A DNA stretch of 13,618 nucleotides from a virus. The stretch is taken from UHGV virus genome UHGV-1847238. One strand, 5' to 3'. Below are positions 1 to 7,714 of this stretch, in pieces. The notes below the pieces were generated by a model that had not been told where the DNA came from, searched no databases, and saw nothing but the letters and a program-made list of their open reading frames with translations. Position 1 is the stretch's first letter. Each line of letters begins with the position of its first letter. The translations under genes and the position numbers were made by a program.

Positions 1-248
1 CAGGCCCCTCAATCTTGTTTTTTTCTTGTGGTCTTATAATACCATGCTCATACAATAAAACAGTATCTCACCTGTAGCTATTGCTCTTACCTCCACTAAG
101 ACAATGCGGATGGTAGCAATATCAATCCAGTGTTAGGCTCATGCTTCTGTTGGGCACGCCACTGCTAGACAAAATCCGCTATTGTGCGGCGTGTTCAAAA
201 GGAGCTCTCGGCAAGTAATAATCTCCCACTACGAACACAAAAAATCCA

Positions 249-271
249 TTGGGGGTATCTTTGGGGGTATC
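249..271. repeat. Tandem direct repeat TTGGGGGTATC x2 (249-259 and 261-271) in the putative att region next to the integrase 3' end; candidate integrase arm-type binding sites
   Basis: Two identical 11-bp copies one base apart read directly from the sequence, about 100 bp beyond the int stop codon, where arm-type sites usually lie. Functional assignment is inference. Confidence 0.3.
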
Positions 272-360
272 AGCAAAGATGAAACAGATAGTTTTTATTA
301 GTAATCAATAAAATAGTGTATAGGTGTTGTTCCTATTATCGCACCATTAAAATCAATAAG

Positions 361-1524
361 TTACACATCATTAGTACCTTCCTTATTTTTTGACTGGGAC
401 AAATTTGGGACCGATGGGTTCAGGATCGAGTCTATTTGCCGTGCGTGTTCGGTAAGGTGATTAGGTGCAAGGTGAGCATATCGACGAACCATTTCGATAG
501 ACTCCCAGCCTCCCATTTCCTGTAACACTGACAACGGGACTCCGGCTTGAACCAGCCAACTTGCCCAGGTGTGTCTCAAGTCGTGAAATCTGAAATCATC
601 AATACCAGCCCGTCTCAGCGCCGCTTTCCAGGCTGTGTTTGCGTCATACCGCATCTTCCTTACTGTTGGCGCTTTCGTTCCGTCTGGTTTGGTACAGCTT
701 TCCTTGTACACAAATACCCAACGGTGATGATTCCCGATTTGTTTTTTCAAAACGCGACATGCAGTATCATTCAGCGCAACGCCAATTGCGCGGTTTGATT
801 TACTCTCTTCCGGGTTTATCCATGCCACCCGGCGCTGCATATCTATTTGTTGCCATTCAAGGTTGATGATGTTCGAGCGTCTTAAGCCTGTTGCCAGTGC
901 AAATTCAACAACAGACTTTAATGGCTCCGGACATTCATCAATCAGCCTTTGTGCTTCATGGGGCTCCAGCCAGCGGATCCGTTTATTCTTTGGTTGAGGC
1001 ACTTTAATAATTGGTGCCTTATCCAGCATTTTCCATTCACGCTCTGCGGCTCTTAGTAGGGCCTTTATAAATGAAAGATGCGTAGCCTTCGTTGCAACGG
1101 ACGCTGGTTTTGGCGTGTATTCTGGAACAGGTTTCCCTTTTTTTCTGCATGCTTCTGCCCTGAGTCTCCAGTTTTCCTCATGACGCCGGTTCGTCATTTT
1201 CTGCATTGCTGAATAAATTTTTGATTCAGTAATGTCTCTTAGTTGCATTCCTGCGAAATGTTGAAGCCAGAATCCGATCCGGCTTTTGTCATCGTCCAGT
1301 GATTTTTTATGTGCTTTCTCTTCAAGCCACCTGACACACGCTTCCTCGAACGTTATATCAGGTATTTCACCAAGTTTGCTGACCCGCCATGCTTCAGCCT
1401 TTAGCTTGTCATGGAGTTCTGTCGCCTGCCTTTTGTCCTTTGTTCCAAGAGACTGTTTAAATCTTTTACCGTTCGGCAATGTGAAACTGGCGTACCATAT
1501 TTCACCTCTGCGGAAGAGTGACAT
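361..1524 (-). CDS. int: Tyrosine-type site-specific recombinase (phage integrase), 387 aa
   Basis: ORF of 387 aa; C-terminal catalytic region [40 protein letters not shown] carries the His/Arg and Tyr residues of tyrosine recombinases. SD-like AGAGGA lies 7 nt upstream of the ATG at 1524. Confidence 0.93.
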   Translation of the reverse strand: MSLFRRGEIWYASFTLPNGKRFKQSLGTKDKRQATELHDKLKAEAWRVSKLGEIPDITFEEACVRWLEEKAHKKSLDDDKSRIGFWLQHFAGMQLRDITESKIYSAMQKMTNRRHEENWRLRAEACRKKGKPVPEYTPKPASVATKATHLSFIKALLRAAEREWKMLDKAPIIKVPQPKNKRIRWLEPHEAQRLIDECPEPLKSVVEFALATGLRRSNIINLEWQQIDMQRRVAWINPEESKSNRAIGVALNDTACRVLKKQIGNHHRWVFVYKESCTKPDGTKAPTVRKMRYDANTAWKAALRRAGIDDFRFHDLRHTWASWLVQAGVPLSVLQEMGGWESIEMVRRYAHLAPNHLTEHARQIDSILNPSVPNLSQSKNKEGTNDV

Positions 1525-1751
1525 TTTCTTTCCTCTGTTATGCCATCACCCGCGCTCACCTGGACAGTATGCAGCGGAGACTGAAGAGCCGCAATGCAGG
1601 CTTGTCGTGTTGTGAGGTAAGGAGATTTATTCTTAGTGGGATCTTTGCGTGTTGCCTGAAGACGCCCTGTGCGTATCCAGTTAATGGCAGTCGGTCTGGA
1701 TATCTTGAGAAAATGACAGGCCTCATCGAGTGTGAGGCTGTATGGCTCCAT
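1401..1751 (-). CDS. xis: Excisionase / recombination directionality factor (HTH DNA-binding), about 116 aa; 3' end overlaps int by 124 nt
   Basis: N-terminus [33 protein letters not shown] resembles the Xis/AlpA-type helix-turn-helix. ATG at 1751 overlaps the stop of the upstream gene (TAATG). The ORF track gives a longer 144-aa version from 1835; the exact start and the true 3' end are uncertain. Confidence 0.6.
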   Translation of the reverse strand: MEPYSLTLDEACHFLKISRPTAINWIRTGRLQATRKDPTKNKSPYLTTRQACIAALQSPLHTVQVSAGDGITEERKCHSSAEVKYGTPVSHCRTVKDLNSLLEQRTKGRRQNSMTS

Positions 1752-2056
1752 TATTTCACCTCTTGCTGTGACATTGTTGAAAAATGGATACCAGCTCGTT
1801 GCTGCCAGACGATCCAACCGAGAGTCATATCCCATGCCATGTATTCGTTATCGCCGTTTTTTGCTCTCCGACGATCTACTAAGTCACCGAAACGCTTTTC
1901 CATGAATAATTCATAAGCTTCGCGTTCATCTGGTTCTACTTCCAGAGATAGGAGTGCGATTTCATAAGCACGGCGCTCAATATCGTCTCGCACGTCAAGG
2001 CTGCTGATACGCTCTTTAATTTCTTTAATCAGTTCTTTGTCGGTAAAAGTGGTCAT
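1751..2056 (-). CDS. yfdT: Small acidic phage protein of unknown function, 101 aa (YfdT-like by position and size)
   Basis: 101-aa ORF, translationally coupled to neighbours on both sides (TAATG overlaps). Symbol is from recalled co-linearity with the K-12 CPS-53 yfdP-T block, not from a search. Confidence 0.55.
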   Translation of the reverse strand: MTTFTDKELIKEIKERISSLDVRDDIERRAYEIALLSLEVEPDEREAYELFMEKRFGDLVDRRRAKNGDNEYMAWDMTLGWIVWQQRAGIHFSTMSQQEVK

Positions 2057-2418
2057 TATGCTCCAGCCTCCGGTGCTTTTGGCATTACTGCCCAGTGAGT
2101 GATATTGACGTTTTCAAGGTCCCCGACCTGAAATGTCCATTGCCATTCTCCGGTTTCTTTTTGTCCCCAGGTGTACCAGAGAGAACGCCAGCCAATTAGC
2201 CAGCCTTCTCCGTTAGCATCGAATAACAAAACACTTTCATTTGCTGGTGGCAGTTCAGTTGACACTGGTATTACTTTGTTTTCCTGTGCTGCACATTTAG
2301 CTTCAAGCGCATCGAATTTACGCACCAGGTATTCAGCATCTGTTTCATTTACTTTCAGATCTCGCGGTACACATCTCCCACGAAGAAACCCTTCCATTTC
2401 GAAAACATTCATGCGCAT
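2056..2418 (-). CDS. yfdS: Phage protein of unknown function, 120 aa, Trp-rich C-terminal region (possibly DUF551-like; YfdS-like)
   Basis: 120-aa ORF; start overlaps the upstream gene's stop by 10 nt and its stop overlaps the next start. The DUF551 suggestion is a tentative pattern match. Confidence 0.55.
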   Translation of the reverse strand: MRMNVFEMEGFLRGRCVPRDLKVNETDAEYLVRKFDALEAKCAAQENKVIPVSTELPPANESVLLFDANGEGWLIGWRSLWYTWGQKETGEWQWTFQVGDLENVNITHWAVMPKAPEAGA

Positions 2419-2945
2419 TTGCGTAACTCCGATAACTCGTTAAAGCGTTCCATAAACATCCCGTAGGCATGGCCCGGTGCCAGTGGAATCACGTTGAACA
2501 TCTCTGTTGCCGGGATACCTTCCAGTACAGGCCAGAAAGAGCCATCATCAAGCCCGAGATCGCGGCGTTCGGTTGCCAGCATGATGAGATCGGCATATTT
2601 CACGGGCGTACTCATAACTGGGGGTAACCCGTATTTCTCACGGATTACGGCGTCTATTTTTTCTTCCATTTGTTTATAGTCAGGAAGAAGGCGTTTCAGT
2701 GGTGCGGGAATGTCCTGGCAATACGCTTCTGTTGCATCATGCATTAACGCTTCAAAAGCAAATTCCTGCGGCACCAGCTGGCTGCAAAGAACCGCATGTT
2801 GGGCGACGCTGTAGAAGTGCGAAAGATGACCGGCAAAGCGACAGATATTTGAAAGGGAAACCGCGATATCGTTAATATCGATGTCGTCTTTATTTATCCT
2901 GTCATAATAAAAATGCTTCCCGGAAAAAGTTTTAATAAATGACAT
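2409..2945 (-). CDS. yfdR: HD-domain metal-dependent phosphohydrolase (5'-deoxynucleotidase-like), 178 aa
   Basis: HD-superfamily His...His-Asp motif (RFAGH ... LMHDATEAY). Start taken at the second Met (ATG 2945) because GGAG lies 7 nt upstream; the ORF track's 187-aa version starts at 2972. Confidence 0.75.
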   Translation of the reverse strand: MSFIKTFSGKHFYYDRINKDDIDINDIAVSLSNICRFAGHLSHFYSVAQHAVLCSQLVPQEFAFEALMHDATEAYCQDIPAPLKRLLPDYKQMEEKIDAVIREKYGLPPVMSTPVKYADLIMLATERRDLGLDDGSFWPVLEGIPATEMFNVIPLAPGHAYGMFMERFNELSELRKCA

Positions 2946-3072
2946 TTTGTTCTCCACGTATATGCGCTGCACCGCGCTGAATTCTGGTAAAAAAAATCCC
3001 TCACCATCCGGCGATTATTGAGTAAATTACGTTTCCATAAATGCCCCCGCAGGGGCATTTGCAGTAATGAAA

Positions 3073-3897
3073 TCAGGCGATGAAAGTACCAATAAAGGTT
3101 TCTACTTTGCTGTCCTTGAATTTCTCAACAAGCAGATCACGAAATTCGTTAGCCATTTCTTCCTGCACCGCCTCCAGCTGAATAATGCGCAGAACCAGTA
3201 CAGGACGATCGCCAGTGATAATACTGAGGCGTAATTTAAACGGACGTTCTTTCAGACCTTCAAACGGAACGCATTTAAATTCAAATGCCACTGGCATAAT
3301 GTCTTTGGTCTTCGCTTCGACAGACTCCATCAGGGAGCGTTTGCCGCTGAAGTCATTATCTTCAAAATCAGCGGTCTGGTTTGCTTCAATCGTGATTTTA
3401 CGGACAGCCGCAGCCGCTTTTGTTGCCTGAATAGCGTCACCATTAGCATCAAAGCCCACAAGATAGTCGGCCCAGTCTTCAATCCATTCTGCTAGTGACT
3501 TCTGGGAGTTACGCTCGCCGTTAACAGACAACAGAGCAGAGAACGGTGCTGTCTTTTTCAGTTTGAGTGTGGCGGTGTTATCTGCGTGACCTGGTTCATC
3601 AATAGTACCCAGGTTAAGCACACTGACGGCACGCATATTATCAGCATCGATAAAGCAGCGGGTGCCTTCATCTGCAAGATCTTTAGAATAACGGGTAAAG
3701 TCATCGATGCTGGCAGTGGAAAGCGCACCACGGAAACGGAAGCGATTTAAATTAAATTTTTCCAGATCATGAATGCGGAAATTCTCAGGCAATGCCACAG
3801 CATCGGCACCAATCTTACTGATAATTTCATTAACACCCTGAGCAGAAATAAGGGCATGGATTTGATTAATTGCGGTTGCGTCTAAGTTCTGAGACAT
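3073..3897 (-). CDS. yfdQ: Phage protein of unknown function, 274 aa (YfdQ-like)
   Basis: 274-aa ORF with SD GAGGA 6-7 nt upstream of ATG 3897. No catalytic motif recognised. Symbol from recalled size and position in CPS-53. Confidence 0.7.
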   Translation of the reverse strand: MSQNLDATAINQIHALISAQGVNEIISKIGADAVALPENFRIHDLEKFNLNRFRFRGALSTASIDDFTRYSKDLADEGTRCFIDADNMRAVSVLNLGTIDEPGHADNTATLKLKKTAPFSALLSVNGERNSQKSLAEWIEDWADYLVGFDANGDAIQATKAAAAVRKITIEANQTADFEDNDFSGKRSLMESVEAKTKDIMPVAFEFKCVPFEGLKERPFKLRLSIITGDRPVLVLRIIQLEAVQEEMANEFRDLLVEKFKDSKVETFIGTFIA

Positions 3898-3962
3898 AAT
3901 AAGTCCTCACTATATAAAGATATTCAGTGATGAGATAAATAATCAGTTAATTAAGAACGATA

Positions 3963-4325
3963 TTAATGACCTGCTGCGCGAAGTTTTCCGTCAGGTTCAC
4001 CGGCAAGAGTCAGTAATTGTCCCTGGTCTTCCTGCAGAATAGTCAGGCGACCACCGCGATTGACATACATCGGTGTTTCGGTGGTGTCTTCTTCAGAAAT
4101 TTTCCCGCGGTTAGTCGGGCGAACATATGAGAGTTTGTGTTTGATTTTCACACGGTTCTCATCAAACGGTTCGATTTCCAGGTTGAGCGAGACCTTACCT
4201 TTGGTTTTCGTGTTCATCACACCGGAAGCGACTTCACTGAGAACAGCGCCGATTTTGGTTTCAAATACGCCGCCGTCCAGCTCCCCGATAAATGCCTGCA
4301 CATCAGTACTGCGTTCGCTAGCCAT
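3963..4325 (-). CDS. yfdP: Phage protein of unknown function, 120 aa (YfdP-like); first gene of the leftward early operon
   Basis: Start chosen at ATG 4325 (MASERSTDV...) because AGGAG lies 8 nt upstream. The ORF track's 197-aa version starts upstream inside the leader and has no SD. Confidence 0.6.
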   Translation of the reverse strand: MASERSTDVQAFIGELDGGVFETKIGAVLSEVASGVMNTKTKGKVSLNLEIEPFDENRVKIKHKLSYVRPTNRGKISEEDTTETPMYVNRGGRLTILQEDQGQLLTLAGEPDGKLRAAGH

Positions 4326-4461
4326 TTTGCTGCTCCTCATCATATCGACCCTGCAAGGTCGGTTGGTTTCTCCACAAAACAGAGAAGAACACCTGCGGTG
4401 ACTGCCGCCCGGATGGATTGGGTTATGAGCCCGTCGTCCGGTGATGCTCTTCTCTGTTTTG

Positions 4462-4508
4462 TAAAAAGAGCGGTACCAGCCGGAAGCAAGGGTACAAACT
4501 GGTACCGC
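4462..4508 (-). terminator. Intrinsic terminator (tL-like) in the PL leader, just upstream of the early-left genes
   Basis: Perfect 10-bp GC-rich inverted repeat GCGGTACCAG (4470-4479) / CTGGTACCGC (4499-4508) with a 19-nt loop; on the minus strand it is followed by TCTTTTTAC. Confidence 0.5.
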
Positions 4509-4920
4509 CAAAGCAGTGGCTGTTGTGGTGGGGTTGTCACTCAGGCGTATGGTCAACCTGACAATCCGGTGTCCTCAACGGGGAAAGAGTAACCCCGCCA
4601 TACTTACCGCCGCGCCATTTCGCGGATTACCACAACGCTGAGAGCACTTAGCCAGTTACGGCACCACACTTTGTCGCGGCTCCATAAATGCCCTCATCGT
4701 TGCACCCTGGTCTCTTCCCAGGCGTCAAACCGAATCGCCACGCTGGTTAGGCGTCTTATCAGCATCATCATTGACTTGCACATTCCGGCTACCTGGTTTG
4801 TTTGCTCGAGCAAGGAGTGGATTGTCCCCTTTAACGTCACCAGACCGCTAACGACGCATGTGCCATACGCCGTGTTACAACCAAATTTTGTTTTAATCTT
4901 GCCTGTGTTATGTTTCTTTT

Positions 4921-4954
4921 AGATACATTATGTATCTCATGGGTACATTGTCAA
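4921..4954 (-). promoter_or_regulatory. PL-like leftward early promoter with overlapping operator (OL)
   Basis: Minus strand: -35 TTGACA (4949-4954), 16-bp spacer, -10 CATAAT (4927-4932). Imperfect palindrome ATGTATC-N5-GGTACAT (4929-4947) fills the spacer, and a 17-bp palindrome AGATACATTATGTATCT (4921-4937) overlaps the -10. Confidence 0.5.
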
Positions 4955-4957
4955 GTA

Positions 4958-4980
4958 TAAAAAAACCTGCCGAAGCAGGT
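4958..4980 (-). terminator. Intrinsic terminator downstream of the repressor gene
   Basis: Hairpin ACCTGC-CGAA-GCAGGT (4965-4980) followed on the minus strand by a run of 7 T (plus-strand A7 at 4958-4964), 14 bp after the repressor stop. Confidence 0.65.
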
Positions 4981-4993
4981 TCATAAACATTGA

Positions 4994-5668
4994 TTAGGCT
5001 TTGATTTTGTATCTTCTTGGTTTTCCTGAGAAAATCACTGTACCAATTATAGAGCAATTACCGTTGATCTTAATGTAAGGCTCAGGCCAGTTTGGGTTTA
5101 ACGCTTTGAGATAACGCTGTGTCCCATCTTCTATCAACCTTTTGAAGGTGGTTTCACCTGTATCGTGCATCAATGCAATAACGTCGTCACCGTGGCAGGC
5201 AGGTACTTCAGGATCGACAAAAATCATGTCTCCCGGGCGGTACTCATCAATCATTGAATCACCTATCACCCGCAAGATATAAGTCATTTCCCCACAGGGT
5301 ACAGGGCAGGGATACGTTTCTGCTGTGCTCAAATCAACCTCAGAATATCCAACTTCTTTCCATGCTCCGGCCTGTACCCATGATATGACAGGGACTAATG
5401 TGATTTGTTTATTAGTGATTGAAACATCAGGTTTTTTTGTGATGTTCGTTGTCTGGTGTTCTTGATCGAGCCATCCGACAGGCAGGTCGAAACATTTTTC
5501 GATGTGTCGTGCCATGCTGTCACCGATATTTTTAGTAGCACCATCTCCCATAAACCTGCTGGTCTGGGTTGGCTCGCGATCAATCATAGTGGCAAAGGAA
5601 GAATTCCCGCCAACACCATCTCTCAGTTTTCTGGCGTTAGACCGCCGGATGTCATGGATTGTTTTCAT
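4994..5668 (-). CDS. cI: CI-type prophage repressor with C-terminal S24 (LexA-like) self-cleaving peptidase domain, 224 aa
   Basis: C-terminal VIGDSM (Ser nucleophile) and TFKRL (Lys general base) match the LexA/lambda CI S24 dyad. VQAG in the linker resembles the Ala-Gly cleavage site. N-terminal region resembles an XRE-type HTH. Transcribed divergently from cro. Confidence 0.88.
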   Translation of the reverse strand: MKTIHDIRRSNARKLRDGVGGNSSFATMIDREPTQTSRFMGDGATKNIGDSMARHIEKCFDLPVGWLDQEHQTTNITKKPDVSITNKQITLVPVISWVQAGAWKEVGYSEVDLSTAETYPCPVPCGEMTYILRVIGDSMIDEYRPGDMIFVDPEVPACHGDDVIALMHDTGETTFKRLIEDGTQRYLKALNPNWPEPYIKINGNCSIIGTVIFSGKPRRYKIKA

Positions 5669-5683
5669 AACGAAATTAAAACC

Positions 5684-5704
5684 CTTGTACCGTTAAGGTA
5701 CAAG
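5684..5704. promoter_or_regulatory. Operator: perfect palindrome CTTGTACC-GTTAA-GGTACAAG in the cI/cro intergenic region
   Basis: 21-bp perfect inverted repeat read directly from the sequence, 16 bp upstream of the repressor start codon. Confidence 0.6.
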
Positions 5705-5708
5705 TATC

Positions 5709-5755
5709 TTGAAGGTTCATTTCAATCATGTAATATGTACACCGGAGGTACATAT
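5709..5755 (+). promoter_or_regulatory. Putative pR promoter (-35 TTGAAG 5709-5714, -10 TAATAT 5731-5736) with a second operator palindrome ATATGTAC-N7-GTACATAT (5733-5755) overlapping the -10 and the cro RBS
   Basis: Palindrome read directly; it shares the TGTAC/GTACA half-site core with the 5684-5704 and 4929-4947 sites. Promoter hexamers are an approximate by-eye call. Confidence 0.4.
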
Positions 5756-5758
5756 TGT

Positions 5759-5959
5759 ATGAAAGCGTATTGGGACTCTTTAACCAAAGAACAGCAGGGC
5801 GAGTTGGCCGGAAAAGTTGGCTCAACACCTGGCTACTTACGGCTGGTTTTCAATGGTTATAAAAAAGCCAGTTTTGTGCTGGCGAAAAAACTTGAGCAAT
5901 GCACGTCAGGTGCAATTACGAAATCTGACTTAAGACCGGATATCTATCCGAAAGATTAA
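5759..5959 (+). CDS. cro: Cro-like (YdaS-family) HTH transcriptional regulator, 66 aa
   Basis: 66-aa ORF divergent from the repressor; GGAGG 8 nt upstream of ATG 5759; small basic HTH-like protein at the Cro position. The ORF track's 167-aa version starts upstream inside the repressor gene. Confidence 0.7.
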   Translation: MKAYWDSLTKEQQGELAGKVGSTPGYLRLVFNGYKKASFVLAKKLEQCTSGAITKSDLRPDIYPKD

Positions 5960-5990
5960 CAGAACACCTTCAATTTTTAACCACAGAACG

Positions 5991-6554
5991 ATGAGGCTAA
6001 CCGTGGGTAAGTATCACTGGAAAGTAGAAAAACAGCCTGAGTGGTACGTGAAAGCTGTCAGAAAAACTATCGCAGCGTTGCCGGGTGGTTACGCTGAAGC
6101 AGCTGACTGGCTGGATGTAACAGAGAACGCATTATTTAACCGCCTTCGTGCCGATGGCGATCAGATTTTCCCGCTGGGATGGGCAATGGTTTTACAGCGC
6201 GCGGCTGGCACTCACTACATTGCGGATGCTGTCGCACAGTCTGCTGGTGGGGTGTTCGTATCGCTTCCTGAAATTGAGGAAGTAGAGAACGCCGATATAA
6301 ACCAGCGCCTGCTGGAAGTCATCGAACAGATCGGGAATTACTCAAAGCAGATTCGTTCGGCAATCGAAGATGGGGTCGTGGAGCCACACGAGCAGACAGC
6401 AATTAATGATGAGTTGTATCTGTCAATTTCGAAGCTCCAAGAGCATGCAGCACTGGTCTACAAAATCTTTTGCGCTCCAGAAAAGAGTGACGCCCGCGAG
6501 TGTGCAGCTCCGGGCGTCGTGGCGTTTTGTGTCTGTGGAGAAACTAACGCATGA
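5991..6554 (+). CDS. CII-like regulatory protein (phage 186 CII/CP76- or YdaT-like family), 187 aa
   Basis: Sits immediately downstream of cro, as cII does in lambdoid phages. Family assignment is a low-resolution pattern match. Stop overlaps the next start (ATGA). An alternative GTG start at 6003 has a better SD (GAGG). Confidence 0.5.
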   Translation: MRLTVGKYHWKVEKQPEWYVKAVRKTIAALPGGYAEAADWLDVTENALFNRLRADGDQIFPLGWAMVLQRAAGTHYIADAVAQSAGGVFVSLPEIEEVENADINQRLLEVIEQIGNYSKQIRSAIEDGVVEPHEQTAINDELYLSISKLQEHAALVYKIFCAPEKSDARECAAPGVVAFCVCGETNA

Positions 6555-7714
6555 ACAGTTTAACGGCAAATAACCGTTTGTCGCAACAGCTGGTGGTCAG
6601 TGTCGCTGAACACCTGTTGTTACGGCATGAATGCAGATTACCAAATCACCTGGCTGTAAGTAACCACAGAGAACTTTACCTGACTGTGGGGGGCGAGTTG
6701 TGCAGGAACTTAACCGCTGGTTTCGTGACGGAAGAGGGCTTTATGTCCATGTTATTCGTTGGGAGCCAGAAACACAGCGCGTTATCTATCTTCGCAAAGA
6801 CTACCCGCATGAGTGCTTTAGTCCTTTGTGGAAATTCAGGCGTGATTTTGTTGAGTGTGAAGGACCACCAGCACATTGATTCTGCCATTCCGGGACGTTA
6901 CACTGTTCAGGCACCTTATAAAGCGGGTGCCGGGATTGGCGTCCTGAAATTGATTACTGAGCATAACCGCGCTCATGCGGTTTTTTCGTGTCATGAGCAT
7001 TGCTACGCCCAAATTATGGTGGGGCGTACAGGGCCGACTTCGGTCGGGCCGGGTTCGGTAGTCTCCGGTAACGCCAACCCTGTACGTCTCACCACCTCTG
7101 TGATTGGCGTCCCATGTGGTGAGTTTTCTAAAAAACTGACTACCGGGGCTGTCACTATGACTACTCTCCCAACCCTCTCTCAACCTGAAATTGCCATCGT
7201 TGATGGTCAGGCTGTTACATCTTCTTTGGCTGTTGCTGACTTCTTCTCTAAACGTCATGACGATGTTCTGAAAAAGATTCGCATTTTGGATTGTTCTCCA
7301 GAGTTTTGTGCCCGCAATTTTGCGGAGACATCAATTTTGGTACGCCAGCCCAACGGCGGTACTCGCAAACTACCTTGCTATCAAATAACCCGCGATGGCT
7401 TTGCGTTTCTTGCTATGGGTTTCACGGGTAAACGTGCTGCCCAGTTCAAAGAGGCATACATCAATGCCTTTAACCAGATGGAGAAACAGCTTTCAAAGCC
7501 CGCTGTACCGAGCGACGTTGCACATAACGCCAGTGTTCTCTATTCCTACATTTCATCAATTCATCAGGTCTGGTTGCAGCAGCTTTATCCCATGCTGGAA
7601 AAAGCTGAATCACCTCTGGCTGTAAGTCTGTATGACCGAATTAACGATGCGGCATTTCTTGCCCGTCTTATTCATTCGTCGCTGAACTCTTCAGAGGTAA
7701 GGGGGCGCAAATGA
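6551..7714 (+). CDS. Rha-family phage regulatory protein ORF, 387 aa; the Rha-like domain begins at internal Met 7157 and the N-terminal ~200 aa are unassigned
   Basis: Residues from MTTLPTLSQPEIAIVDGQAVTSSLAVADFFSKRHDDVLKKIRIL onward resemble the Phage_pRha domain. The frame is open from 6551 and that ATG overlaps the upstream stop (ATGA), but the N-terminal half has atypical composition; see findings. Confidence 0.6.
   Translation: MNSLTANNRLSQQLVVSVAEHLLLRHECRLPNHLAVSNHRELYLTVGGELCRNLTAGFVTEEGFMSMLFVGSQKHSALSIFAKTTRMSALVLCGNSGVILLSVKDHQHIDSAIPGRYTVQAPYKAGAGIGVLKLITEHNRAHAVFSCHEHCYAQIMVGRTGPTSVGPGSVVSGNANPVRLTTSVIGVPCGEFSKKLTTGAVTMTTLPTLSQPEIAIVDGQAVTSSLAVADFFSKRHDDVLKKIRILDCSPEFCARNFAETSILVRQPNGGTRKLPCYQITRDGFAFLAMGFTGKRAAQFKEAYINAFNQMEKQLSKPAVPSDVAHNASVLYSYISSIHQVWLQQLYPMLEKAESPLAVSLYDRINDAAFLARLIHSSLNSSEVRGRK

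Noticed and set aside
1-360. Search for a tRNA or tmRNA gene or 3' fragment at the integrase-proximal end
   Set aside because: No T-loop (GGTTCGAATCC-like) or acceptor-stem pattern was found by eye on either strand; cannot claim a tRNA att site.
547-866. Plus-strand ORFs of 83 and 75 aa inside the integrase gene
   Set aside because: Antisense to a well-supported integrase CDS, no ribosome-binding site, low-complexity products; typical spurious frames.
1286-1916. Plus-strand ORFs of 109 and 132 aa overlapping int and xis
   Set aside because: Antisense to the int/xis operon with no recognisable motifs or SD; treated as chance ORFs.
4340-4540. Minus-strand 66-aa ORF in the PL leader, considered as an N-like antiterminator
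   Set aside because: GTG start without SD, runs straight through the terminator hairpin, Pro/Leu-rich with no arginine-rich motif; not convincing as an N protein.
4060-4592. Plus-strand ORFs of 113 and 151 aa overlapping the first early-left gene and the leader
   Set aside because: Antisense to the PL transcript, no SD, implausible products.
6676-7258. Minus-strand ORFs of 70 and 140 aa inside the 387-aa Rha ORF
   Set aside because: Antisense to a translationally coupled operon; products Arg/Ser-rich and implausible.
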